From positions 62,001 through 126,000 of the forward strand of contig RSEE01000079.1 in NCBI GenBank assembly GCA_003971905.1: DNA of 64,000 nucleotides. The letters run 5' to 3'. Below, one piece after another: positions 1 to 14,696 of the stretch. Made by a program: the position numbers and the translations under genes. Position 1 is the stretch's first letter; each line of letters starts with the position of its first letter. The DNA comes from Moniliella sp. 'wahieum' (taxonomy: Eukaryota). The notes under the pieces are model-generated. The model made no database searches, had not been told where the DNA came from, and saw nothing but the letters and a program-made list of their open reading frames with translations.

Positions 1-473
1 AACACGTGCCAATGTACTAGTGACGCGTGACCGCGTGACGCCCAAACCGCCATCAGTACTCAGTGCGCCAGCCATCGGCACATCGACACAGCAACGCTCT
101 GTGCAACTACCATCTCTCGAACAGCTTCCTTGACGCAGGGCTTCGGGCGTAGCAATGAGCGCAAGGAAACCGGGTGTAACCTCTATGGGGACCTTCGTGT
201 GGGAGATACGTGCCAAGCTAGTACGAGTCAAAGAGATCAAAATCAACGTGGGCAAGCAAGCGCAACCGCAAGAGCTTTCAGAATGACCGCATGCTGCTCT
301 CTCCCTTTCGGTGCTGTCTATCATGACATCCGTCAGATAGCTTGCGGCGACAAAGCTGAAGGAAAGAACCCATCTGTCACCCGTCGTGCCACGAGGCCGC
401 TCGACAGATGAAGAGACCCGGGATTGGAAGCGGGGATGGGAGATGCTGCAAGCGGGATGGGGTCATCATCAAT

Positions 474-1446
<973 letters not shown>

Positions 1447-2131
1447 GATGACCGAGGGGGGTAAATGGAGGGGAGGGCGGGAGGCAGCGACGGAGAGAGA
1501 AGAGGCCGGAGCGGAGCAGAATGGAGAGCGGAGAAGGGGGCGCAGGCAGCGGGCCGGGCTGAATTGAAGGGGCGGCGCGACGCGTGGGGCGGAAGCAGGT
1601 GGTGGTGGGGGCGCGGCGCTGCTGCCTGCCTGGCGGACTGGCGTCTGCGAACCAATTGGGCTCTGGCCAGCCTGGGCGCCCAGGAGCGCACTGCGCTAGG
1701 GTTGGTCCAGCGCCGGACCACGCGGCACTGGCCTCCTGCCTTCCGGAGCCCCAGCAGCCCGCCTGTGTGCCCCGCCTCCTCTCCTCCTGTGCCTGGGCGC
1801 GCTGGCAGGCTCAACGTACACGTTCAACGTGCAATGTTCAATGTTCCATGTGCTGCAGTCGCCGAGGGAGCGCACGCAGGATGCCAGCGCTCACGCGCTC
1901 ACAGCGGATCCAGCCTTCAACCAGTTCACACCTCGAACAGATGGGCCGCACTTCATCTAGGAGACGACTGAGGCGATGACTGCAGCTATCCTAAATGATA
2001 CAAAAATGAAGCCCTTGTGTTCTGATATAAATAGAAACAGGACGGATGAGGAAAAGGGAACAGAACGCCCGTTGCTATTGCTGATAAACAATGCGAGAAA
2101 ACTGCCAGGCTCTAACGCGAAAGACGAGGGA

Positions 2132-4135
2132 TCACTTCCCCCGGTGAGACTCAGACCCGATAGACAAGTCGGAGTCATGGGTCCGCAAGCCAACCCCATG
2201 TGTCGCCTCGTCCCGATCAGAAGGTAGGAGTTCTGTGACGGGAACGGCCAAGAGCGAAGCTGTGGTGCTAACAGTAGGGTCCTTCGGGGCTCGCACAGCC
2301 GAGTCAGCCATGGTACGAGTGGTAGTGCCACTACTCGCTGGGGGCGTGCTGGGAAGGAGCAAGAAGAGCGGTGCTTGCTCTCCGTTATGCTAGGTATCAC
2401 ACGCTGCTTGCGGGCCATGTTGCGACGTTGGACTTCCAGCACTTGCATTACCAGTTCGGGTGAGTAAATGTCAGCCAACTGTAAGAGGAAGCTGTCCTTA
2501 ATCGTTCGAGCAGTACGGGGATCGAGTTGGTAAGCTGGTGGCGTAATACCCTTGCCAAAGCGGTACGTCACGTGGTTGGAGCATAGCAGACCCAGTACGA
2601 TAAGACACAGGTGTGGTCCAACCAGCGAGAATGCGGCAGCGTAAAAATAGCGAAACATCATTCGTTCAAAGCGGAGGAAGCGTCCCTTGCACCCAGACAG
2701 AACTTCGTGCGTAACAAAGATTGGTCTCTGACGCCTCCATGGTGGGGTTGTAATACCCCAGCAACTGAGTGTGTTCTGGACGATGGACCTCTGGGTCACA
2801 TCTAACGAGCGACTCCACAATTCGTTAGTTTTGCCCTCGAGGTTGAATGTGTGCTTTTTGTAAGCTAGGTACCCTGGTGCAACAAGGAAAGCAAACGAAA
2901 TCCACAAGAGGATATTCCAAACCGTAAGAAAGGCCCGGTTGTTGAGCAGGATTCCGCACCAACCAACAATGGCTGAAACGAAAAATAGCGTAGCGGCTAC
3001 AGTCGATACTGCACAGTGATCGGGCATATGAGATGTCAATACATACGCAAAGATCACAGTCAATATGTCGTGATAGAATACGTGCATATCAGTTCGTTTC
3101 TGGCCGAGACCAGGACGTTGTCCGACTTGCTCCAAACACGGGTCCATGTTAAAATTGTGCCGACCAAAGCGGAAATACCATAGAGAGTGAGAAACGCATT
3201 GCCGACAAACAGGGCCCACTTGAATTTATTCCACAGAAGAGGGCGAATCTTGTTGTGGCGCCCTGTCAGGCGCCACACGAATCCACCGAACATGCGACGG
3301 AAACTACTGACTGGTTTAATCGATGCGTCTTCGTTGTCGGCAATATGCTTTTCTAGTGGCTCTGGGGTAAAGTCCTCCTGTTCTGAGGAGGGGCGTCGTC
3401 CCGTGACACGCTGAATGAGACCGGTGCCAACACCATTGGCGGATTCGGGCTGGGTAGTACCCTGGAGGACGGCAATGTCGATCCCATCGTCATCTTCATA
3501 TCCACCCGCACCAAGGGCGGCGTTACCAGCGCCATCAGGCCCCCATGCAGCACGCCCTGCCCCCACTTTGTGAGTATGCAGGGCCGAGGCAGCTGGATGT
3601 CAGGTAGTTGAAATAGCGGGTTTTGGTTTGGTTGGCTCTGGCTCAGGTGTTGGGTAAGCGAGGGGGTAGCGACACCCGAGCGACGAAAGGCACCGCCACT
3701 GGTAGGCACCAAAAGGGACAGAGGTCGTGTAATAAATGAACGAGGAGATATGGGCTTGATCTGGTCATCGTATAACGACCGGCCGCGGTGGCGACGTGAA
3801 CCAAGACGGTGAAGCCGGGCACTTTTGCCAGGCAAGTAGTGCGAGACAAGAGAGAGACCTTCCGAAGGGTTCACTTCGGGACGCCGCCGCTCAAGAGATG
3901 CTAGAGTGTCATTCCAAGTGTTCTCGCATTCCGCGTCAGACGGGCTTGGAGGGAGGGGGTGATGGAGCGTAGGTGCGACCGGAGGATGGTCATAGTGAAG
4001 TTGATGAGAGTGGGGCTCGTTGGGGATGGCTGGGGTGGTGCCATGGGTTAGGGAGTGGTCCGCATCAATTTTTTTGGGCGAGATCAAAGGGGAAATTGGG
4101 CCCGTAGAGTGCCCAGGGGCTTTGGAGCTGGGCAT
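2132..4135 (-). CDS. Tsp2-family fungal tetraspanin with long low-complexity N-terminus (intron 3009-3085; frameshifts; ends approximate)
   Basis: WNKFKWALFVGNAFLTLYG..., GILLNNRAFL, APGYLAYKKHTFNLEGK..W, GCKG and LLCSNHVTYRFGKGITPPAY are motifs of basidiomycete Tsp2; four hydrophobic segments. Confidence 0.85.
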
Positions 4136-6603
4136 GACGAGATGAACACACACACACACACTATTCGCTTTCTCTGTTCGTCGGCACGCTAGCCCGCACG
4201 CAAGCGGAGAGTGGGCGAAAAGGCGAGATGGTCGGGGTTGTGGGAAGAAGCAATGAACGAGCGGCACCCAACTTCCAGGATCCCACTTTTAAGGTTTGAG
4301 ATCGGATGCCTGGCTGGGATGGAAAGAGTGGTAATGCGGATGAGGTTGTTATTAAGTGCCAAGCACACCTACGGTCGTTCTAATAGCCGACGAGCCTTCA
4401 TATTAACGAACTGTTAACGTTTAACGTTGAATAGACCGCGTAGAGCCCCACCCTGGCCGGTGGCTGAGGGGTTGGCTGCCCTGCCCGCCCCGCCCCACCC
4501 CTGGGCTGGCCTGTGCACACATGCGCGCGCGAGGCTAGGATGATCCAAGAGGCATGGTGTACTATGCAGTACGGTCGATATGCTCGTTGATCGATGATCG
4601 ATGACGAGACGATGGAGCTCCGCCGCCCCAGCCTTGAGAAATGCGTGGTATTCGATGTTTGTTGATGGTTAAACGTTAACGATTCAACCACAGGCTATAC
4701 ACGTGCAGATAACCGACAACGGTCGATAACCATTGGTGTTCCGCCCACTCCACCTGTCTTGGGCTGATTGGATCCATGATCATACAGATCATTATGGTTG
4801 AGCACATGAAATACTAACAACCCGCCCAGGCGATCGCTCTGTGCTGTGCTGCTCTGTGGACCACCCATCCATCTTTTATCTATAGGTTGTTTCCCGCCCC
4901 ACTTGTCTGCACATCCCGTTCGACACCACACCGTCCCCACACACCACACGTCTCCCGATTTTTGTTCGGCGTTGCACCATTTCTATCCGACAGGCCCGAT
5001 ACGATAATCTGTTCGGGAGCGACAGAAAGCTAGATGGACAGGAGCGGCGCATCCCTATCAGCCGCAAATGGGTACCAGGGGCCCAATATGCAGCAAAGAC
5101 CATGGCGATCAAGGCATGGTTCCTCAGCGTAGATGCAACTGAGAGTGAAAGTACCTTGACCGGAATCAGGGAAACAAGCGGCCAGATAAGAGTTTAAAGA
5201 CGCTGACAGGTAAATAAAAGTTCATGTCGGACAGGACGAAAGTAGACCGAAAGGTGGTCGCTGGACGCAGGTCTGAGGACTGTCGGTTATACCTAAGAGT
5301 AAAAACTGGAGTTGCCTGGTGGGCCAACGTACGATGGATTGGCAAAGGGTGTTGTGCAAGGACGAAACACGAGAGGAAGATGAGACGAAATATGGACAAA
5401 GAAGACGGAGTATATAGACTAAGGAAAATATAGATCCACTAGGAGGAAAGGACAATGGATCAAGCTTCAAGGGTCACTGGCATACAGGCAGGGTCTATAA
5501 CGGGTAGACAACAGAAGGAAGAAAGGGGAAAGGAATCGAGATCAATGGATTCCTGAAAGGAGCACAGACCATGTTGGGAAATGTTCCCACACTTGTAGCA
5601 GCCAGAAACCGGAACAGTCAAAACCCAAAATGCCCAAGGCATAAAAGGGTTAGATTCTTTGCCCTCAAATAGAAACGCACAAGGTACTGGGGGAGAATCT
5701 CACAACGAAAACGAGACGCTCAAATCAGGAAACACAGTACTGGTACCGCGACGTCGAGTCCGGAGGCTTTAGAGCTCACTTGTGCTGGAGGGTAATGCCA
5801 GGGTTCCCCCTGCACGACCCCACCAATAAGTTGATCGGTGACGCTCGCCTAGCCGGAGCGGAAGAGTTCTGCTCGAAGGTTGCGCGCCCCCTGTGCTCGT
5901 TCCATCTCCCTCATCTCACCCGTTTCCTTCCCTTCAATCGTCGCCGAATATTTCCAAGTCCGCTCCATCCTTACGGATCGTGCTTTAGCGCACCCTGATT
6001 GCCTCTACTACTCACCTTGTCCGAAAATGGTAACATCATGCAGCACTTCACGTTGCTGCGTGTACACACGAGACCTTGTGCCTCCCAAAAAGGATAAGGC
6101 TGGGGCAACGGCCAGTAGTAAGGGAAAGCAGGGCCTGTTCTGTGAAAACCGAGATTTGGTGGTGGGCCGCAGCAGGTAAAGGGTTCCGCCAAGATTCGGT
6201 GCGATGGGAACAAAGGGTTCATGTGACCACGACGGGCCGCGGAGGATATTTGCAACATAGATAACCTCTCCGCTGACTCTCTCTCGCTAGGTTAACGGGA
6301 CCGACATGTGTTTCAATGAGATCATGCCTTGCCTATGAAATGCGGAGCTCTGCGTCCGGGAGATAACCGGAGCGCCTCGTAACACATCCAACCTTAACTG
6401 ATCTTCCCGTTGTACCAGACCTCCTTACCTACCTCTACTCTTGTACCCCCTCATACTTCTGATAACCCTTCTGATGAAATATTTGCACCCAACCAACCCA
6501 TGGTGCGTCGTAATCCCATCCTCAGCGTTCGACTACCGCTCCTCCCCTTGATCTCTCCCATCCTGTTCCCGGCAATCCCCCAGACCCCCTCTCCGCCTCG
6601 CTC

Positions 6604-7704
6604 TTAACATCTCAGTTTCTTCCTCCCTTCCATCTCCCTTTTCACTCTCGACTTGCCCACACTTTTATGAACATGTTCGGTTCCATGCCCAATACTTCCA
6701 TGATCCCGATTCGGACCGCACTCTTCCCTTACCCTCGACCACACCCGAGACGATGACGCGCTTCTCCTGACAACCGATGGTGTTCCCTTGACGCCCAAAT
6801 CTGTCCAAGATCTCGTCGGCCACGGAGGATGTGAAGCTGTGCGTGATGTCATTGTCCCAGGCTTCGCCTTGAACTGACGCGTTTTGATACTCGGAAGATG
6901 AAGGAGGTGGTGTGTCCCTCCCTTCGGGAGGGAGCACGGGCGTTGCCCTGTGTCTGGGTCCTAAGTACCAAGACGGATGCCGAATGCCTCTTTGTTAAAT
7001 ACCGAGCTAGGCGGGCATCGCCAGGTTTCAGGCTCGTGGACCAAGTTGTTTGTTCCCGCGGTTTGTTGAGCCTCTGCCGTCAATTCTTAAATCGCAGTTC
7101 CCGAAGCAGAACTGCCCAAGTCCGTTCACAGCTGACATCGAGGGCTTCGCTCATGTCCCGAAAGAGGTCTAAGAGAAGGGTGTTGAAGTGCTGGATACTG
7201 AAAGACAGCGTAATGGTCTGGTTGAATTCGTGAGTGGCTGCACCATTTAATTCCTCTGAGATCGATCGTCTTTGCGTTCACAACCTCAAGTCCAAGCCCT
7301 GCCTCTTCCTTCGTCGCAGTGACCAACTCCGTGGACCTCATATTGTCTTGATGATACACACTGACGACTTCCTTGCTACTTGCCGCTCTGACAAAATTTA
7401 GAATTCCTTCCTTCCCGAACGTAGCCCCTATGTTTTTCACGACACGATCCATAGTGCCATATCACCACATCCTTACCATTCCATAACAAACCTTTTGGCA
7501 TCCCAACAGTAGTACTCGCACCCTCTGCTTGTCAACCATCCCGTAGTCCCTGACCTCCCAGCACTCATGGGTAGAGCTCTCAGGTTGAAGTACGAACATA
7601 TCGCATGTTGACCACGCCAATTTCCCAGCTGGATTAGACTCTCCTTCAAACACCCAGTGGGCCCCAGTCAATCTCGCGATTAATGATATATTGACGGGTA
7701 CCAT
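6604..7704 (-). pseudogene. Possible decayed ORF of unknown function
   Basis: Same-strand ORF fragments 7462-7704 and 7126-7452 are in frame across a single TGA, followed by 6665-6937. No recognisable domain. Confidence 0.2.
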
Positions 7705-9536
7705 AGGCCTGGATTGCGTTACAGAAGACGCGATAACACGAGGGGCTTGAGAGGTTCAGGATGTGGAGGTAAATTGGGGCGGAGGAGGGGGGCTAGACAG
7801 TGAGGGGTAGAAATTTAAACTCGGGTGGGGAGACCAAAGACATTTGATGGACGTTTACTTTGCGTCAGTTGTAAGTTGATAATGCCAAAACATTGTTGGT
7901 GTACACGAAAAAACCCTCTCTATTATCGTGAAAGTAAACAACCTTTCAGGGCTGGTCCCGCAAGATGCTTCACCCAAGTGCGCGAGGCACAATTACTTAG
8001 TTGATGGGACGACTCACGGTAATTTCTTCGGGATTGGTTCAGTTGCTGTATGAGAATGGAGCTAGGGACGAGGAGAGGCTTTAGGGCGTGAAACAAAAGC
8101 AGCTGCACGCACAGCTAGGCTGCGTAAACACTGGCGTGGGCCATAATAGCGTGTCTGTAAGATCTATGCCTTGGGGAGGGGCAGAGGTGTGGAGGGCAAA
8201 ACAAAACGCTGAGATTGAGAACGAGCGGCAGGCCATGAGGCCGGGATCCACACCTTACATTGGTACGGGTACTCGATTCAGCTGAAGGATGGCTCGCTGG
8301 ACGGGGGAGAAAGAAACCTGGAAGTTGAGTTTGAAGACGAGGAAAACACAAGTCGAGTCGAGGTTAGCTGAACTGAATCAAGTGTTTGGAAACCGCAGAT
8401 ATTGGATACGGATGGCGGGAAGGAACGAGAATAAAAAGTAGGAAAGGATCCGCACCAATCAGGAATGGGGGGTTATACCTAAAAGTGAGAACGGACACAA
8501 AATGACACAACGAAAGAAAGACATGCATAAAGAGGTTTATTACATGGATGATCAGTCAATCGCAAGTCTAATGCAGCCTGTAACACAATCATCCCGGATG
8601 CCTCAGTTTCCCTGAGGTACTAATATCAAAGCTCCCTTCCACGGCATCAGATCTGTTTCAAGCATCCAGTGTACGCGGTGTACATCGTACACGCATTTTT
8701 TACCTTCCCTTCCTTAGATAGATCCGATGAAACCGGGTGAGGTCCTTCTACGCTGCATACAAGCTCGTGATGCCAAATCTTTGAGACCCGATTTCTATTT
8801 ACTCAAGTAAAACCACCAATGCCCTACTGTTTGATCTAGAGTTGAGGAAAGGGAGGCGCGCCAATGGGAAGATACATGGCAGATAAAACTCAGCCCTTAG
8901 CGAAGTAAGACGTGGATCACGATGTGTGTTCTGATATACATAACAATCCGAACGTAGGTGCATCAATAATTAAACCGATAGCAAGGTTGGCTGTGGTTCG
9001 AAAGGATCAGTGGAGAAACCACTGGCCTTACCCAGGGTCAGACAATACATTGCACCTTAGACTAGTGATTATTACTTGAATGGAATACTTTCAGCTTGGA
9101 CGGGCATATGCCCACCTTTCCCATTCCCTGAGTCGAGCATTGTGTTTGTCTGAACGTATTACTAGTTTGCGTTTGATAATTGCTTCGTTTTTCAATCAAC
9201 GATATTAATTTGATGGCGTCCGGTATGCAACTTAAATCAGGACCACTTATCCCAGCAACAATAGGCGTCATATTTGTGTTGGGAATTTAAAAAGGCCACT
9301 TTGTAATGCACCAAGGTAACATACTCCACGGCACACTAGCCCTGATGAGGCCTAGGGGAGAGCTGTGATTGCTCAAGAACGCAATGAGTACCATTTTGGA
9401 TCCTCTGTTATTTTTGGCACTATCAAGTCGTACAGGAAACCGCACTACAGAAAAGGTGCAAAACCATTGTGCTTCATCAGGTAGAGGCCCGCTCAAACCG
9501 GTAATTGGCTATTAACAAAGTAACACTAATCTCTGG

Positions 9537-10469
9537 GTGCTTTGTGCACTCGGATCGCCGAATGAATTTTCGAGTTCATTCCGGATTGAAGGCACCAGGG
9601 TTCCAAGTTATTGCAAACTCTCACACATTTTGGTTTGCGATCATATTTGCAGGATTGACAAGGATTTGATATCCTTTCTCATCCACGGTCATGTACCGAT
9701 ATCGTCCCCAGCCAAGGTACCCTCAGACATCGATCCTGACCTACGACCGGACCACAATACCGTGATTGAACCACAGTGGATATTAGGGCAATAATCAGAT
9801 GGAACAGCTCAAACAAACCGATTTGGCTCTGATTTACTCGCTTTTAACTGTTGAGTGGGACAACTGACGGATTAACCTGGAAGAAGAATCCTCATCATTC
9901 CATTGGCCTCAGGGACCACAATAGGAACTATTTTTTCATCTATGTTACTCGTCACGTCTACAACACCGGAGAGGACTTTCGCCCCAGTGCGTGTCTGCAT
10001 CTAGGAAGTGGGTTTCTGGAATCTTGGACAATTGTGATTTCTATTGTACCGTCAAAAAATGGTTGGATCAGATACCTATCAGCCGATCTTGGGGGAGAAT
10101 GTTCTGATATGGAAGTAATCGGCATATCTGCTGGTCAACATCTCTTGTTTGTAACTAAAAAAGTTGGACAAGGAAAGCCGCAAACGTTGGAGCTTTAAAG
10201 GGCCCTACGATAGCTATGTATTTGGTTGCTGTTCGATCAAATCATTTCGACATCATCATTCCACCATTTTCAACCACAGTGAAGCAGTGAGTTTTTGTAT
10301 CAATATGTTTGCTACCCATTCCATGAAGCATTCCTCAGGAATCACATCCGAAAACATACCGCCATTGCACCAATATTCTAATTTGTTGTCAGATGCTGTC
10401 ATGGTCAGACAAGCGAATGATGGGCCTTGTGATCATAACACAACACAGTATCCCCTGCCAGAATTGTAG
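9537..10469 (+). pseudogene. Possible highly decayed alpha/beta-hydrolase_3 paralog
   Basis: Fragment ...EDFRPSA...WIRYLSADLGGECSDMEVIGISAGQHLL resembles the DYRLAP...YL..D.G....I.V.GDSAGGHL motif order. No intact HGG box, and stops are present. Confidence 0.22.
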
Positions 10470-10679
10470 ACGACATCTTCGGGCAGTAATCTTAAAAGGT
10501 GCTCTCGCACATAACCCTTGTCATACCCTTGGCATGTGATACTAACCGAACCCCCCAACTCATCATCTGCATGGCATATTTCAGTGTAAGTTGAGAGCGT
10601 TGAAGCGTGGTGATGTCCGCTTAGTCATTCCGGCTACGCACGCAGGTTACGCACAAAGCACTATGCGTTATTAGATCAG

Positions 10680-10870
10680 TGTCACACAATGAGAGGGCAA
10701 AGTGATGTTGTAACATAGGGTTCCATCGAGTAGAGGTGTTGCACGGGGGCACCACGGATGGAGCTATGTATAGCATATGATCTTCCCTTCATTCAATTGA
10801 CCTACTGTCTCCTAAGGGATTGTACACCCAAACCCTGGTCGTGCCCCCTGGTGTGGCCCGCCCCGTGACA
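10680..10870 (+). mobile_element. Possible solo-LTR relic
   Basis: Bounded by TGTCAC...GTGACA inverted termini. Its 3' part (GGGATTGTAC...CCGTGACA) resembles 12056-12125. No matching target-site duplication. Confidence 0.3.
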
Positions 10871-13133
10871 GAGAACTGGGTTATCGATTATCAGCGATAA
10901 TACCAGGATGTTCGGCGATATCCAGACCGCAGGAGAAGTAAAGCATTTCAGCTGAATCCTAGACGGCGTCCATATCATTGGCAGAGTTTAAGGCTGGGAC
11001 AGGGGCAATGCTACGTCTAGCCCAAACCGTTGATCATGCGGGAGTTACTTGGAAGCACCAAGGAGATCGCCAGGATATCAGGACCCTCTGGATCTCGCCA
11101 TCCGGTCCCGTACCCTAGGTGGCGCTGTGGACACGGATGAACGTGGCAGGCATGGTCCGAGCGAGGAACCATTTCCACTGAGACTCCGTAGCCAAATCCT
11201 TGCAATGCGCAAACATCTTGCCCGCTCCGTCTTGGTGCCGTAGTGTCCTCGAGTGGTCAAAACCAGGGGGAAACGGCTCTTGAGTGTGTCCCTGGCACTT
11301 CATGTCTATTCTATAAAAGAGGCACATTTTGCTTGACGCATAGATATCATAGAGACCAGAGACCACAGGAATAGCATCGGTATCGCGAAGCTCACATATC
11401 CCACAACCTTCAGAGCTTCTTCATTGAGGGACTATATCAGTATCAAAAGAGGACTATAATCCTACTGTTATATGTTCCCATCTATGCCCAAAGCAGGGGA
11501 GAGGGGGAGGGGGTATACTCACTCCGACGAAGGCTCAACGGGCACCGTCACATCGAGATATATCTAGTGTGGTTCGTGGGTTTCTTCCATGGCCCATTGG
11601 CGCCTCCCCCGCCTGCCCTCGGTAATTGATCAGCCCAGTACGCACAACTTCTCCTCTTAGTTACTCCCAGCTACTCTTCGCCCTCGCCCTCCACAGCTCC
11701 GTATCCCCCGGCTCTCAACTTCTCACCCAGCCAAGTCGCGTATGCTCCTCCTCGCGCTATGATGTCGAAATCTCAGCTCCACCAGCCGTGGGTCCACCAT
11801 GCCGCCTCCAGTCCGAACTCCCAACTCCAGGTCTGGAAGTATGTGTCCTCTGCTGCCACTTCCCGTCCCTTAGCCACCAGGAATGTGATTAATAGCAACA
11901 CGTTACTACGCCAAGCCGGGGTGCATTCGCAGACTTGCCACACCTGCAGACGCCTCTGCTATATGCTCCAAAAGGCCACTCCTTGGCCCTAGCTCATCTC
12001 GGACACACCAATCAGCCCAAGCATGTAAATACAGGAGTCGCCTCTTTGGACCTCTGGGGATTGTACCCCTATAACCCCTGCCCTCCCCTAGGCGGGGGCC
12101 CACTCTGGCGGCACCTGCCGTGACAGGTTTTACTGGTGCGGGCTATGACGTTCGTTTCATCGATGATAACTATAGCAACGGTCGATAACACACATTTTGT
12201 GCCCAGAAAGGTACTCGTGAACAACAGAACTAGGGTCATGAGGCAGGGTGAAGCTTGAATAACAGTATGAGGATCATATTCATCGAGTGGAAAGAGAGCG
12301 AGGTATATATGCCTCGCAGAAGAAGATATCATGCGAGCTGAGTCACGCGCAGGAAGAACTGGAGAGCATAGTCAAAGGGGGAAAACAGGGTCTAGAACAA
12401 ATCAGGTGGCCAGTCAACTTGGTGAATAACGGTGACCAATAAGTGTGGACCTGATCCCGTCATTGAAACCTCTCGAATATAGGCTAGCGACTGGAGAGAT
12501 CAGTCGACCTCAAAAAGGACCACAGATCCACAGGAGGGACAGTTGTCCGCTTTAAACCCGGAGAAACGGAAACAGTCATCCAATACGAAAAAGGCTTGAA
12601 AATAGATAGCAGAGGCTCTCCGCCCTCGGCCAGGAACGAGAAAGGCACTAGGAGAGAGCCTCGCAGCAAAAAAAACGAGAAGCAGAGATCAGGAAACTAA
12701 CGCCCACTGGATCTAGAGCCTTAATGCGCTTAACTGAGGGCTCACTTGCACCCAATCCAAGTCCAATTCAAATTGTGTGGTAGGATAAAAACAAACGCAC
12801 GCGGATCACGTTGGCCATACGCAAGGGGCTCGAGCCAAGTTGCATAGATCGAAGGGACACACTACGTTCTGACGCAACGGGGAGTACGTGGATTTGTTCA
12901 TCAACTATTTCAGACGAAGTAGCCACAGTCATTAGACACAATCCAAGCAAGGGGTACAATATGAGCGCACGCTGAGCTTGGCTGGACTCGTTCTTCCATC
13001 ACCGCCCGTGGCTTGTGGCTAAGGTGATCTTTCGACAGCGGCCAATACTTTCTCGGTATCAACATATGACCCTATGACGTTTTTTTCTTATACGGGGTCA
13101 TATAGTGATGACATTATTCACATGAAGCCATCT

Positions 13134-14696
13134 TCAACAGATTGTACTGGAGTGTTTATACTGTAGCTTCTTCGAACGGTTCTGGATCCAAGTTTTGAGA
13201 AGAGTGAAGTGGATCTTGGTCTGGGACAGTGCAGTTGGGATGCAGTAAAAATCGTGCACCATACCGGCGCGGTAACATGGTGCTCAATGGGGCAACCCGC
13301 GGCACGAGCGCGATCAGCAAACTGAGTCCCTTCTTCGAGAAGGCTCTCGCTGCCACCATTGCCCATCCAAATTGGGGTAAGACAGCTAGCTCCTCTGCGG
13401 GTAAATAGTAGGGCGCAACCCAAGCGAAGTAGCCGAGATACCCAAAGAGGCCAAGCGAGAACGTGCAAGTCCGAGCTGTATCACTCCTTGACGGGGAAAC
13501 GATGGAGGAATCAGATCCCATTTCCGCAACGCAATGGTTTTAGCGGGAACTCTGCATCGTTCTCATCGGGGTGCAGCCAAGGCTCAACAATATAAGCCCA
13601 GGGGGGGAAGGGGGTCTCCTTGTGGCAGGCTGTTGAGCACCGCGGTAAACTTGGCTATGCGATCTCGAATCCATTCGGTTGTGCGTGATGGGTCGGCCAC
13701 AGCAAAAGATTCAGAGGAAGGTGGCTTGAGAAGGGGCCACACGTCACGAAGGTAGCGATTGAGAAGCAATACAGAAAATGAACCAAAAGAGTCGCCTCCA
13801 AAGAAGATCTGGTTCGGGTTGTAGCCGATATCAATGACTAGATATAGCCACGCGCGAAAAGTTGAGCGATGCAGGTGGGATACTTCGCATAAGGGGCCAA
13901 GTCATAGTCCACGGTAAACACGTCGACATCTGCAATGGTGGCTAAATTGGAGACTAACACGTCCCCCATAAAAGTGTCGCCGGCGCCAAAGTTGATGCCT
14001 GCGCCACCGTGACAATATAGTACGACAGGAGTAGTACGAATCTTGTTTTCGTCCTCTGCCAAAGGGGGAATGGAACGATGCTTGGAAAGGTACCAGTAGC
14101 ACTTTGTACTGCGCTTTGCAAATTCTGGAGCCAACATTGCAGGGCCGCGGTACAAGGCTGACTCGGACTGTTGCGTCTCCAATGCCTGTTTGGGATCTCG
14201 AATCGCTAGCAGTCCAGCAACCAATCGGCAGGAGCCGGAGAAACCCAGACCTCGTCAAGGCGGCAGCCGTGAAGGGGGGGAGGTGAGGCGGTTCTGATGG
14301 GGCCCCAGATGCTCTTGCCATGACTTCGTAAAGACAATGTTTGTACAATCTTTGCCAACCAACTGAAACGAGGTGATGTGCCTTGCAGCCAGCCGGTGGC
14401 AGAGTTTGGGGCCGGCGCAAACCCGATGGCAGTGACAAAATGGACATACAGACGAATAACGGTGAAGGCCACGCCGTTGGCGAAGGACCAAGAGCGCTTA
14501 CGGCGTGTGAAGGCAAAGAGATTGCGCGCGATAGTAAAGGGGAGTATGAGCAAGATGCTCGGTACACCGATGGCGTAGATGGACAACAATCGCAAAAAGT
14601 GCGTCCGAGATGACGGGGGGGAATTTTGGCAGTGCGGATGGCGGCGTAGACACCTGCGCCAACTGGCGTCAGAGCTAGCGTCGTTTGCGCAGCCAT
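13134..14696 (-). CDS. Alpha/beta-hydrolase_3 (HSL/Say1-like) esterase/lipase with N-terminal hydrophobic segment; frameshifted
   Basis: PVVLYCHGGAG, VFTVDYDLAPYAKYP, nucleophile elbow IFFGGDSFG (about 13780-13810) and C-terminal GMVHDF, read across frameshifts. Confidence 0.85.

Noticed and set aside
5225..5704. Solo LTR (TGT...ACA) with TATA-like box
   Set aside because: Flanks GTTCA and ACGAA give no target-site duplication, and there is no second copy in the window.
8400..10500. Centromere-like AT-rich core
   Set aside because: Only moderately AT-rich by eye, without an extreme GC trough.
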